This document shows, in pieces, positions 12,601-23,878 of a DNA stretch of 64,000 bases. Under the pieces are notes generated by a model. The model saw only the letters and a list, made by a program, of their open reading frames with translations. It searched no databases and had not been told where the DNA came from. Source of the DNA: Takakia lepidozioides (Eukaryota > Plantae > Bryophyta). Location: NCBI GenBank assembly GCA_030704615.1, contig CM060731.1, positions 9,548,001 to 9,612,000 on the forward strand. Reading direction: 5' to 3'. Made by a program: the position numbers and the translations under genes. The first letter of the stretch is position 1; every line of letters begins with the position of its first letter.

Positions 12601-14092
12601 AGTGATGTGTGTGAGCCTGTGCTGGTCTGTGGTGGCCCGTGTTGATATGTGGACGGCCTGTGCTGACTCGTGGAGGCACTGGTGGACTGCCTAAGGACTG
12701 GCATGTCTTGAAGGCCGAATTTTGAAGCTCGTGGAGGGTGGTTTGAGGAGTATCTTCATGATATTTCCATGGTCATGCAAGTGAGGGAAGAGAGGAGAAA
12801 AAGAGTGTTGGGATGAGGGCATGCTGGGGTTAGGCATTGCTTTAGCTTCTCTTCCTCGTAGTTTTCCACTCTCTCATTAGGCCAAGACCTTTCCGTAGGT
12901 GGAGGCAAGAGTCAGTCCGGGTTTGGGCTGGGGTATCCTTGCAGGAGCAACACCGTGGAGTTGTATATGATGTGAGTGATGAGGTTATATATGCATGAGT
13001 TTCTGCTTCAGCTTTGTGAGCTCACATGAGCTTGTGCTTGTATTCTTCCTCTTTATCACTCGAGAAAGATGAGCCTCCCGCGCTTGCCGTGAAGATAACC
13101 ACTCCAGGGCCTAAATCTGCCTTGTGTGCCATTACTACATTATGATTTGTCATAATAATTATGAGTAGAAGTAGCTTGATAAATAATTGATTCCCAACAT
13201 CCCAAAGTCTACACTGATCAACAAGTTACCAAATTATGCATTTGATTGACAACCAAGTTGTAGCCAAATGGTAATGGGCACATACCTCAGAAGTGGTTGT
13301 GGGTTCAATCAACCAATTTGGGTCACAAAGGTGTCCTCCTTCCTACCAGAAAGCAGTAGTCCTTTGGGGTCACGAGACATTACGCTTCCTTTAGGAGGTG
13401 TCATATATTATTATTATTATTGCATTTAACTACTTGGAAAGCGTTTAGAAAGCTTTTTTGTGGATGTGTCTGCAACCATGTGTTGATGTTTCAATACACC
13501 AATTTGACAATCCACTTCTCAAGCCTTATGATTTTTCTTCCTGAATATACATTAGTGAGGCTTTTGTGGGTTGACACTCTCCTACAACAAAATCGTCTAC
13601 ATGACGATCAGGAATGATGGTCACATCTGATGGAGCTCTTTCCGCTCCTCCATAAAAGATCGAAGTTATTGTCTCTCTTCAGGTGTGTGCATGCTGCAAT
13701 CCAGTGTTTCTTGTAGAGGAAGGGACGAATGTGATGGGAGCGGAACTGACACACTCACTTTTAATCCCAATTGTTTAGAGAATTAGCCACATGGCCCTGT
13801 GGTGATGAATGATGACTCGACAACAATATCCATGGGAGATGACATTTACCCCATGTGTATGTGGTCAAACATTTTGACAACTACACATTTAGTCCAATGC
13901 TATGGCCTCACTAACTTAGTGGTCATAGTTTCAAACCTCAAACCACACGTTGGAGTCCACTTTCCACCGGCAATAGGTCAAGTGATGGCACCATAAGATA
14001 CGCTTGCAACGCGTTCACATATTTTTTGGGGCAGATGTAATAGAGCCTACCCCCAAAAAGGGAAAATATTTGCAACAGGAAGAGGTTCTACC

Positions 14093-14300
14093 ACCAGTCA
14101 GTAGCTCAGTTGGATAATACACCTTAGTGCACTGGTAAAGGGATCTCGCCATCTATATCCGGTAGAGAACTACCTCATCTAGGCCGTCGGAGGGTGACCG
14201 GCTCGAACCCTTTACCAGTTCGTTCTGCGTTTCGCCGCAGTCCAGACAGGCTACAGCCCAGTAGTAGCCCATAAGCGAGGAGCTACCTAGCTCGAGTGCC
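14093..14300 (+). ncRNA. Putative tRNA-derived SINE or structured Pol III RNA
   Basis: A-box-like TAGCTCAGTTGG (14102-14113), B-box-like GGCTCGAACCC (14200-14210), a perfect 12-bp stem (14131-14142/14208-14219) and four small hairpins. Confidence 0.4.
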
Positions 14301-14325
14301 TTCCAGATGATTATGGGGTCAGATC

Positions 14326-15002
14326 CATTGTTGGACGGGTATATGAATTACCTGATATACCTGGCGGGTATATTTTTATGATATACCTGGCTCCTTATAT
14401 TTACCCTGCATCAAGACACTCAATATACCCTACTTTTCTGAAGGGTATATGTTAAAATGAAGGGTATATCTAATCAGGGTATAAAGGGCCTTTATGTGCC
14501 TTCATAGCCTTTATGTGCTAGGTCTTTTCTCTTTTTGCTGTGTCCTTGAGCTATAAGAAAGCTCCAATCACAGCTAAAACAAACACTACATACATATCGT
14601 TCCTAAAATGTCATATAACCCAAAGAATACCTCGTTGACTTGCATATATATATATAAAAGGAAACCTGGGAGCTACAACCCACAATTTAGGCCCTTGAGG
14701 GGGGGATTTTTTTTTTGGAATCTCAAACCTCCTTGCATTGGGAATTAAAACCATAATATTATGCAATATCTTACCATAGATTGTGTTTTTGTGTTTTGTA
14801 CATATTGAAGACCATCATATATTCCTTAAAACCATTAAATTATATGTTAATTGAGATAACTATCCATACCCGGAAACTATTCATACCCTCAGGGTATATT
14901 TTGGCATATATATCCATACCCGGGGGTTATATAGAAATCTGAAATGTTAATTTATCCATACCCGGAGGGTAAATATTTTTTAGAGATTTCAATTTATCAC
15001 TG
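14326..15002. mobile_element. Non-autonomous hAT-type element
   Basis: 8-bp TSD GTCAGATC (14318-14325 and 15003-15010), CATTG...CACTG termini, many subterminal ATACCCG/CGGGTAT motifs. Confidence 0.75.
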
Positions 15003-15193
15003 GTCAGATCCTGCTGCATTGTTTGGGTGTGGTATGGTCTTCTCCTCCTTCCCTTGGGCAGTGTCCCATCAGCAAGCCTTCACGGGCAAGGTTAACGTTA
15101 AAGAGGTTATTTTCTCCTCTCACTATTATTAATGGGTTCCATCGGCCTTTCTCCTTAAAAAATAAAAAAAATGAAAAAAATGAACCTGATCAC

Positions 15194-15472
15194 CAATGTT
15201 CTTTTTTTGGGCGAAATATCGCCAAATGGCGACCTCAAAACATTAAAATGGAATATTCTGTCATAAATTCCCAATTTTTTCATGGATGAAATCGCCAAAC
15301 TTCTACAAGGGGAAAAAGAAACAATGGATGAATTCGCCAAAAGTAGATGATATAAATGGATGAAAGTACATAGGAGGATGATTCTATCCAAATTTTCAAT
15401 GGATGAACAGAATATATAGCTATTTTTTGTAGCCACTCGTGCTATTTTTCAAATTTAAGAAAAAAATCACTG
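15194..15472. mobile_element. hAT-type MITE
   Basis: 8-bp TSD CTGATCAC (15186-15193 and 15473-15480), termini CAATGTTCTTTTTTT and AAAAAAATCACTG, internal TCGCCAAA repeats. Confidence 0.8.
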
Positions 15473-17622
15473 CTGATCACTCGGCCCAGGTTTTTTTTCT
15501 TAAATAAGGAAAAGGGGGGAGATTGTAGCCCTTTTGAGTCTATTAAAAGAGGTAAGGAAAAAATAACCTTACTGGCCAGGTGTTTCCCTTTAAAGAAAAA
15601 ACAAAACTCTTATTTACGCTAACTCGGGTTGGTATCATGGATGTGAATAGGGATGATGGCCATTGCGTAAAGAACTTCATCACTTTTTTCCTTTATAGTT
15701 TGAGTACGGTTATTTGGACAAATTTTAAGATACTCCCCAAGATATAACATGCTCCCAATAGGGATGCCCTAATCACCCTTAAGCCCACCCTTCACTGCTT
15801 TGCAACTCACCTCCTAGGATGCCATAATCACCTTCGAGCCCACCCTTCGCTACTTGCCAGCTCACCCCGTTTATATACTGTACAGGGTTCTGAATATGGG
15901 CAAACGATATGGGTTAATTCACGGCTAATCAGATTGCGCCAGATAACACGTAATACTCATTCCCTTCCTTACGCAGGGTAAAGCCTCGGCCCTCGTGGTC
16001 CTCGGCCCTAAGTCTGGGGCTACGCCCTCAACCTGGCCTGGAACCCGTAATGGCACATACCTATGATTGGTATTATGGATGAGAATAGGGACGATGGCCG
16101 AGAGAGGGGGGTGTGATAGCATAGCATACCTATGATGTGTTCAGATTGGAAACAAAACACGACATGTGCACGCATGTTCTGCAGCGAACCGCTCGACACG
16201 TTTCATGGCCACTGCGGGAGAGCACCGGCCTGCCTCACACACGTGTGTATCCTGAACTGGCAGTGAAGGGAGGCGCGACAAGGGACCCACACAGCAAGTG
16301 GCGCGCCGTGGACATTCGCTACTGTGGCCGCCTCCTGCATACCGAGCATCTCACTGCACCGCGCGGCCATTGGGTAAGTAACATTTGTCTGCCTCTGCTC
16401 GTCTCCCTCTCGCTCATTGTTCGTCTTCTGCTTTATGCTTTACTGGCACGCGCAGTAACCGTTTGGCGGAGTCAAGGTGGTGGGATACTGTTCCGGGGAT
16501 CATGGACGAATGCCGTTCATTTGGTTGGTGGCAGAACATGCGGAGGGGATGGATGTTTGGGGATGGGAGCCGTGGATGATCGAGGATCTTCCTGGCGTGG
16601 CACACGGACTAGGAATATGCAGAGCGGCATGAGCGAGATGCTGATTGCTTGTGCGATTGCTCGCTTCGGGGATTGCTTCCGTGATGCTTCGCACGAGGAT
16701 TTTAATTAGTGTGTAGATGTGTTGGTGTAGCAGGGGCCTTGAGGTAGCTTGCGGCAGTTGAAAACGTGAGTTGCATGAGAGAAAGCGAGTTTTTTTTTGG
16801 AGTATGAGGCTGCTTGTGAAGCGTGCTGCTGCGACGTCCTTGCGTGCTTGCCGCTGGGTGGAGTGTGTAGGTATATCGTGGAGTGGAGGAGAAATTTGTG
16901 CATGCTTCCTGCTGGAAGAGATTGGTTTTGATTATCAAGTTGTTTCGGAAGTTTGCAAATTGGGTTGGATTGCAGAAGTTTGTGGGCAGTGTTTTATAAT
17001 AGGCTGATGTAAGGGCTGGGTGTACTGAGCGAGATGGGTTTCTTGCGGCTAGTGCGTGTGTAGGGTGCTGAATTGGTATCAGAGCAGGGGAGATCGAGTG
17101 GGAAATGTGTTCAGGATCGCCACCCAAGATTGAATTTTGTTGCTAATAGATTATAGCTTGCAAAGTGGAGGTTACAGGTCTGGAGAGAGAAAGAGGGAGA
17201 GGGAAAAGAGAAAGAAACTTCATAACGTGTACAGGAAGCTCATGGGAGCGCACTCAAGAGGATGAATGAGGGAGATTAGTAAGGATCCAGCACTTTAGAT
17301 GTTGAGAAGCTGGAGGACATGAGAAGTAAGATCGGAACTAGGTGTAAGGGGCAGGGTTCCCGAGGGCGAGAAAGAGAGTGTGGCCATGAGCTCTGACTTG
17401 ATGAGGGCGAGATACTCGCTGGTTGAGCTGCAATTAGAGGGATTGTGGAAGCAATTCGGCTGAGCAGGCCCAGAATCACCACGACAATAACAGGAATACA
17501 CTGGTTTTTAGGGTTAGACTACTTTCACAATTGCTGGAAATTTGAGAACGCGAAGACTGTGGTTGTCCCTTTCGCTGCAGACTTGAAACGTCGTTGGAGC
17601 AGCTAAAGTACGAAGCACGACA

Positions 17623-20600
17623 ATGTATATGTTGACAGACAAAGGAGGGGCCATTGTGCTTATGATTGTATCGCTCTGGTGTTTGGGCTCATGGCCTGCT
17701 TTTTTCAATGTGCTCGAAAGGAGAGGACGAGTGCCCATGCACACATATTTGGACTACACCATAGCCATCTACGCTGTGGCAATTGGTTTTGCGCTGACTC
17801 TGGGGGAGATTGGAGCTAGTACCTCCCAATTTCCCAATTTCACCATCCAGCTTTACCAGGTGTGGCCCTGTTGATTACGTAGCCTTTTCTCGAGTGTTGT
17901 CTAGCGATGGGGTGTTGAGAGCCTAAAATTGAGTCAATGCATTGGGGAGAGATTGGGTTCAGATTTTGGTGGGAACAGGATAGGTAGAGACAGTCAAAGA
18001 AAGATCAGTGCTCTGATGAAGCGTGGGATGACTGAGTTGGTTGAAAGATGCAGGACAACGGACCATCAGTGTCATTGGCTATGGCGGGCGGACTAGCGCT
18101 GTGCTTTGGCAACATTGCTATGCAATATTCCCTTGCCTTTGTAGGCATCTCATTGACAGAGGTTGTTTCAGCCAGTGTAGCTGTTGTGGTTGGTGAGTGC
18201 TCCATGTGCCAATGTGCTCTCTCTCTCTAAATGAAGTTAGGCCATAAACTTCACTGAATTTGTTTCCACGGGTGAGGACCCTAAGGATGATCTGAAGAAC
18301 CTACCTACCCTCGGCACTAGACTGAAATGTATTCTCAGGGCAGGGAGTCTACCTTTGAACACTAAACTGATGCAGAGAGGAAAGGGAGGTTGTCAATGCC
18401 CAATGTGCGGGCAGCCCAAAGACAGTATCCATTTTCTGATGCAACATCCAGGGTATTCTTATCAGAGAGTGACCTTCTTCAGGACCATCAAGAACATAGT
18501 CCCTGACCAACTTTCAGAATCTCGAGGCGGACCTTAAAGCCCTGGCCCTGTTGGGGTTTAATTGCTGGGCAGCTCACACACAGCAGATGGATGCTTGTGT
18601 GAAGGGCTTTCTAGGGGAAATCTGGAAAGCCCGAACTAATTGTTTCAAAGGGCAAGTCCCACTACTGGAGTGAGCCTCTCACAAAGGTAGTGTCTGTTCC
18701 CTTTCGTTCTGCCCAAACTGGGCATGGGGTCTATGGCCACAAGGCTATGGATTAAGAGTACATTCTCTCTCTCTCTCTGTGACTACTGTAACTGCACACA
18801 ATCCAGAGTGACGGGAATGTCATTTCTGTAGTAGATGCAGGCTGTATGAATAAAATTAGTATCCCTGCAACCCGGATGTTGAGTTTGCATGCGGTCAAGT
18901 GCCTCTGTGAGTGCCTTAATGGCAGTTGAGGGAAAATAAGTTCATACATGCAGCTGAGTTGTGGGGATAAGCTTAACCCTGGTGGGTGATATCCCCACAA
19001 AAGAGTTCGGGAGGGCTAGTTTCCCACGGGGTTGATGGCGATAAGGTCATGGCGAGCAACGTTCGCGGGTAACAGCATGAGCATAGTCTCTGACAGATAC
19101 TCTATGGCAAACCATGTCTTATGAGTACATTCTTTGACAATATCTCTCTTGCTAGGATTTTCAAAAATGATCTATCTTCATTATCATGACTGCCCTTAAT
19201 GCCACAACCCTCTTTGATTTGTGATTTGCTCTCGTCACTATATGTATGGAGGATAAAGTGCACAACTACAAAACTCATCCCATGTATGGATGGTTGGGGT
19301 GGACAGGGACAAGCGTGAACTATTTCCTGGATGATGGGTTGAATCGAGCTGTTATTTTATTTCCAGGAGTAGGGTGTTTTCTGGTGGCCGTTGTGTTGGG
19401 TGCATTCTGCCATGCCTCAAATTCTGCTGACATTGATGCCAAACTCAATTCCAGACAAATCAGCACTTATCCTTACAAGTGAGCTACTGGCCTTCTCTGC
19501 TGTTTTCCCCACCCTCCCCCGTTCTTCCTTTCCTTTCACTTTAACCTTTCTTGTTTTATCTTCCTCAGCATTCCTTGTCTTTCTACCTCTTGTTCCCTTG
19601 TTGCCTCCTCTATTAACCTCCTTTCTGTAGCCCTCTCAGTTGGCCTTGTCAGGGCCAACATTTCCTCATGTTGAACATTTGTAAGCACAACTATCTTTTA
19701 TGTTGTGAACTTTGTTGTTGTGGACCAACCGACCTGAAGGTGATTGGATCCAGATAGTGGGCCTGAAAAATGTTTGGTTAGGTCAATATCAAATTTGGAG
19801 CACTGCATTCACTGCTTTCCTGTATCTATTGAACCTTACGCTGTTCACCTGTGGAAATTGGTCTCAGCTTGGTGGGCGCACTGAAAGACTAGATTGCCAT
19901 ATATCTAGATATCTGTAGAAAGACAACTACTCCCGAGGAAGTGTAGATTATAATGTCTCTTCATTCCGAAGGATTACTATCTTCTGTTGGAAGGTGGACA
20001 CTTTGAACCCTAGATCACCTAGTTTATGCACAGGCAATGCAGAAACACCCAACCACTGGGCTACCTGCTCTAGTGCTCTATATCTGTATATCTTATCTAC
20101 AGTACATCGGTGACAACAAGCTCAACATCATCGTCTTGTCTGTAGACCACAAGCAAGTACATTGGTTTGGGAAGCTCGATTCTGTCATGGCCTTTGACTG
20201 CTGCTATTTTTGAGTTCTATGAATCAGGTCAGAGGATGAATATGGCACGACAGCGAACTCAGAGTGTACTGCATCCTTGAAGGCCCAGTTGCTTGACATG
20301 CAATTCAGTAAGTAGGCATCTCTCTCTCTTTCTCTCTCGCTCTCTCTACCAGTGGATCTATCGCAAACAATGTTGTCTTATGAGTACATTCTCTCCCTGT
20401 GTGGAAGTGTGTTCCAAGGATCATCTCAAGGGAATTTGTGCATCAAATCTTAAGTGCAATTTCTGGTATTGGGCGTTTTTGGCTTTCTATCATTTTTAGT
20501 GATCAGGACACTGCACATACCCTTCATAGTCACACTGTCAAGCCTCTTCTTGTCTTGACCTGTCACTCTCTGTATCCCGATCTTAAGTCGCATGAAACAC

Positions 20601-21857
20601 TGTATGAGGACATTAGATGTCAACACATCACACTAATGGAGCAGAGAAACATCAGATATGGGCCGGTGATTGGACTCAAAAGGCAGTCATGCAACGTAAA
20701 TTCAAAACTTGTTGATGGTTTTCTTTGGATTCATATCCCCACATCATTACAAGAATGAATGTGTATGGGACAATTTGTTCTTGCCTAGCAGTATCAAAGG
20801 GTGGGATTCAGGATACAGATCATTACGTTCAGTCCTGTGTGACGCTGGCGGTGCCACTTGAACCGCACAGGTACAGATGAAGTTGCTGACATGGAGAAAG
20901 GCACAGAGTCATCAGGACTGTCAATGCCAATCGGCAAAGACACTGATGTAGAACCACTAAGTTCAGAGGTAGTTGTCGGAAGCGCTCAATTTTTTCAGCA
21001 TCTGGAGGAGAAGAGGGCAATCAAGGTTAGGGCATATTTCCACTTTGCACATTGATGCACTTGTCCAATTGTTGTGTAATTGTTTTTTGTCTTGTGTTGG
21101 TCTGATGTTCTGTGGTGTGGTGCAGGTGAGTGGGACAAGCGTGGGGTTCGGCCTGGGTATTTCCCTCTTCACAGGTCTGTGCTACGCAATGTTTTCACCC
21201 TTGTTCAACCTGGCCACCAATGACCAGTTCCACCTGCTAAAGCCAGAGGTGCCGCACTTGGTGCTCTATACGACCTTCTTCTACTTCTCCACAGCCTTTT
21301 TTGTCAGTGCTGTGCTCATCAATGTCTACCTTCTATACTATCCTGTGCTGGGTCTCCCAAAATCCTCTATCAGTGCATATTTCAGGGACTGGGAGGGTCG
21401 CCATCTTGCAGTTATGGCAGGCCTGGTTTGTGGGTTTGGCAATGGTTTCCAATTTATGGGAGGCCAAGCTGCTGGCTATGCTGCTGCCGATGCCGTGCAG
21501 GTTAGTACCTGCACCACTTCCTCTGTCCATTTCAGGCAATATTAAGCCTTTTGTCTGAAACACGCAGATGTTCTGTTCCTGCCTGTTATAAAAGCTGGCA
21601 CAATGTAGCTTTCTGCTAGTCATGGCTATGGATGAGTGTTCAAGAGCCATAGTGACAAGCAACTTGTGCCCTGAGTTAGGATGCTTTATTTGGTGGGGGT
21701 GCAGGCACTGCCATTGGTGGGAACACTATGGGGGGTGGTGCTGTTTGGCGAATACCATCGCTCGTCGCAGAAGACCTATTTGCTACTGGCAGCCATGCTG
21801 ATCATGTTCACTGCTGCTGTGGTCATGCTCATAACATCATCAGCCCAGCGTAGTTGA
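17623..21857 (+). CDS. UPS: Ureide permease (UPS family); exons 17623-17859, 18054-18192, 19307-19478, 20228-20307, 20871-21025, 21126-21500, 21705-21857
   Basis: GGAIVLMIVSLWCLGSWPA, ERRGRVPMHTYLDY, NYFLDDGLNRA, FNLATNDQFH, GNGFQFMGGQAAGYAAADAVQ-ALPLV. All introns are GT-AG and the frame is continuous to TGA at 21857. Confidence 0.93.
18229..18763 (+). mobile_element. 5'-truncated RTE/RTEX-like LINE fragment in UPS intron 2
   Basis: Homologous to 59920-60399 (CPMCGQPKDSIHFL, GGCCACAAGGCTA tail). Flanked by (CT)n. Confidence 0.85.
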
Positions 21858-23878
21858 TTCTTCCAGCCTTTACTTGGATGAAGTCCCCATTGGGCATCTC
21901 CAAAAACACCAGTTGACACTGGTTTGGTTGATTGGGGTGGGTGCAAGTCTACCCAAGACCTTCATCCCTGCTGGCACACTTGTGCACCAGCATCCTTGTA
22001 CAGTAGAGCACAATGAAGATCAAAAGGTTTGATGTAATAAATGGAATCAGCACTTTGCTGATTCGATCAAGAGAATGAGCTTGGCTGAAATACAATAATT
22101 GCTGCCACCATGGTAGACAAACAATTCTCCAAAGACCTCGCAGCGCAAGCTATTTTGGAAAAGAGGTAACAAATGATTAAACTGTTAGCTTACCTCCGGT
22201 TTCTTATTGGTATTTTGTCATGCTCACTTGGATGGAGGTACATACTACTGTTGTCAACATGACAGTCGGTGTATCCAGCTCAGTCACTAGATGTTGTGTC
22301 GGCATGGCCTGAGCATAACAATGACCTGGGTAGCTTAGTTTATCCTACAGGTTTGCTGATCCCATAGAGACTAAGCTCCATGGACTTCTGGGATTCACAA
22401 GCAAGAAGAATGTAACTGTACTTGAATGATATTTCTTGCAAATCAGATAATGAAGTATTACAGAGTGTCCACAGCCCATCCATCAGATATTGCAGCTTGT
22501 AAACTGAAAGAGAATTTGGAAGAGAACACGGGAAGGGTAAAAACGCAAAATCAATGATTCGGCCACATTTTATGAAGAGTTGACAGACCCACACATTGCG
22601 CTGGCAGATGTTTGCCACTACTGCAAGAAAGAGGGACACTGGAAACATGAATGCCAGTTACGACAACACGGATTGAGCATTGTATCCACTTCTTGATCAT
22701 CTGCATTCCAAAACTCAAAATGTCTCCAACAAAATCTGTGATGAAGATTTGAGCTGGCCCCAATACCCTGCACTGACTGTTCGCAACCGCATCTGTGACG
22801 ATTACCTGCACCCACTTTAGACATTTTGTTCTACACTCTCTGAACTTGGCATAGTGAAGATTGTGCTACCTACCTTGGCTGTGGCGAGAACTCTCACATC
22901 TCACGATGCCATAGGGTAAAGAGACGGTGTGCTGTGCTCTGATGGAGCCTTAGTAGCTATGGAGATCAGCCTCTGGAAACAGGAAATATGTAGCAAACTT
23001 TTCGGCACCACATGCTCTCTTAATTTATTTTTTTATTTTTTATTTTTAAAAGAACAGGGGACAAGGCCCTGGTTGGTAACTTTATTGCTGAATTATTTGA
23101 AGGGAAAAAAATTAAAACCCTTGATGCTGCCATAAGGCATAACGCATGAGAGCCATGCATGATAACTGAAGTTCGTTTCTGAGGAGGTTCCCCGGATATT
23201 CCGTGAGAAGAACGAGTGCTGTACCGGCATGCTGCCTAATATAATTGGTTTTACAAGCCCATGGGAGGGAGTGTGAACCCCTGGAAAAAATAAGTGACAG
23301 AAGATAAAGAGTGAGCCATTCTGACGACTGGGTGACCACTAGATAGTGCCAGTACATCTACCAGTCCAAGCCCGAGCAATGTCAAGCGCCTACACTGCTC
23401 TACCGCATGTAAAGAAGAACAAGCCAAAAAAAGAGTCTAGCACATGTGCCTGACTAGGGTTAAAATACAGGTGTGAGTCGAGAGGGTAGGGTAGGCCCTA
23501 AAACGGAACGTTGTGGAGCTTGTGAAGTGGAACGGGGCGGATGGTGGAGCTGATCAGGGGAGGTGGAGAGAGGCAGCCGAGGCAAAATGTATGGAGAAGC
23601 TACTGATGGAAGTGGAGCCGCATTGCAGAAGACGAACGGACGTGTTTCCAGTTGATTTCTGATCTTTCAAATTCTGGGGAGGCCGAAGAGGAGACCTCTG
23701 TGTCCCTCCCAACAGCAGGGAAGTTTGTCTGCCCATATGCAGGTGAGGTCATCAGAGCAGCGACAAATGATCCCATCCTTGCCCCAATTGGCGTGGAAGG
23801 TAGAGATGAGGGCAGGCAGACGCTGAGGTTTCTTGGCAGCTTCTGCACACAGTGAGGCCCAAGCTTTTTTAGCAGCTA

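Larger units (their letters stand above)
4594..13124. mobile_element. Rearranged Ty3/gypsy LTR retrotransposon with DNA methyltransferase and PHD finger
   Basis: gag-PR-MTase-RT-RNaseH-integrase N-terminus on the - strand (about 12063 to 6090). Integrase C-terminal half with PHD on the + strand (5278-6080). LTR-like sequence at 4594-5109, 5112-5276, about 12973-13058 (inverted) and 13059-13124. Confidence 0.9.

Noticed and set aside
12155-12704. ORFs of 174 and 100 aa
   Set aside because: Translations of the minisatellite.
4594-13124. DIRS-type element, suggested by the MTase and inverted terminal sequence
   Set aside because: It has an aspartic protease and a DDE integrase, no tyrosine recombinase, and the MTase is C5 type rather than adenine type.
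14093-14220. Canonical tRNA gene or telomerase RNA
   Set aside because: No cloverleaf or acceptor stem, and no CTAAACCCT-type template.
16098-16125. Purine tract followed by TG, as a PPT plus LTR start
   Set aside because: No second LTR copy or retroelement coding sequence adjacent.
16137-16709. 190-aa ORF upstream of UPS
   Set aside because: No recognisable motif and a non-ATG start; probably GC-rich promoter or leader sequence.
22618-22824. HRFCWRH resembling the Mutator CxxH motif
   Set aside because: No other transposase motifs or TIRs nearby.
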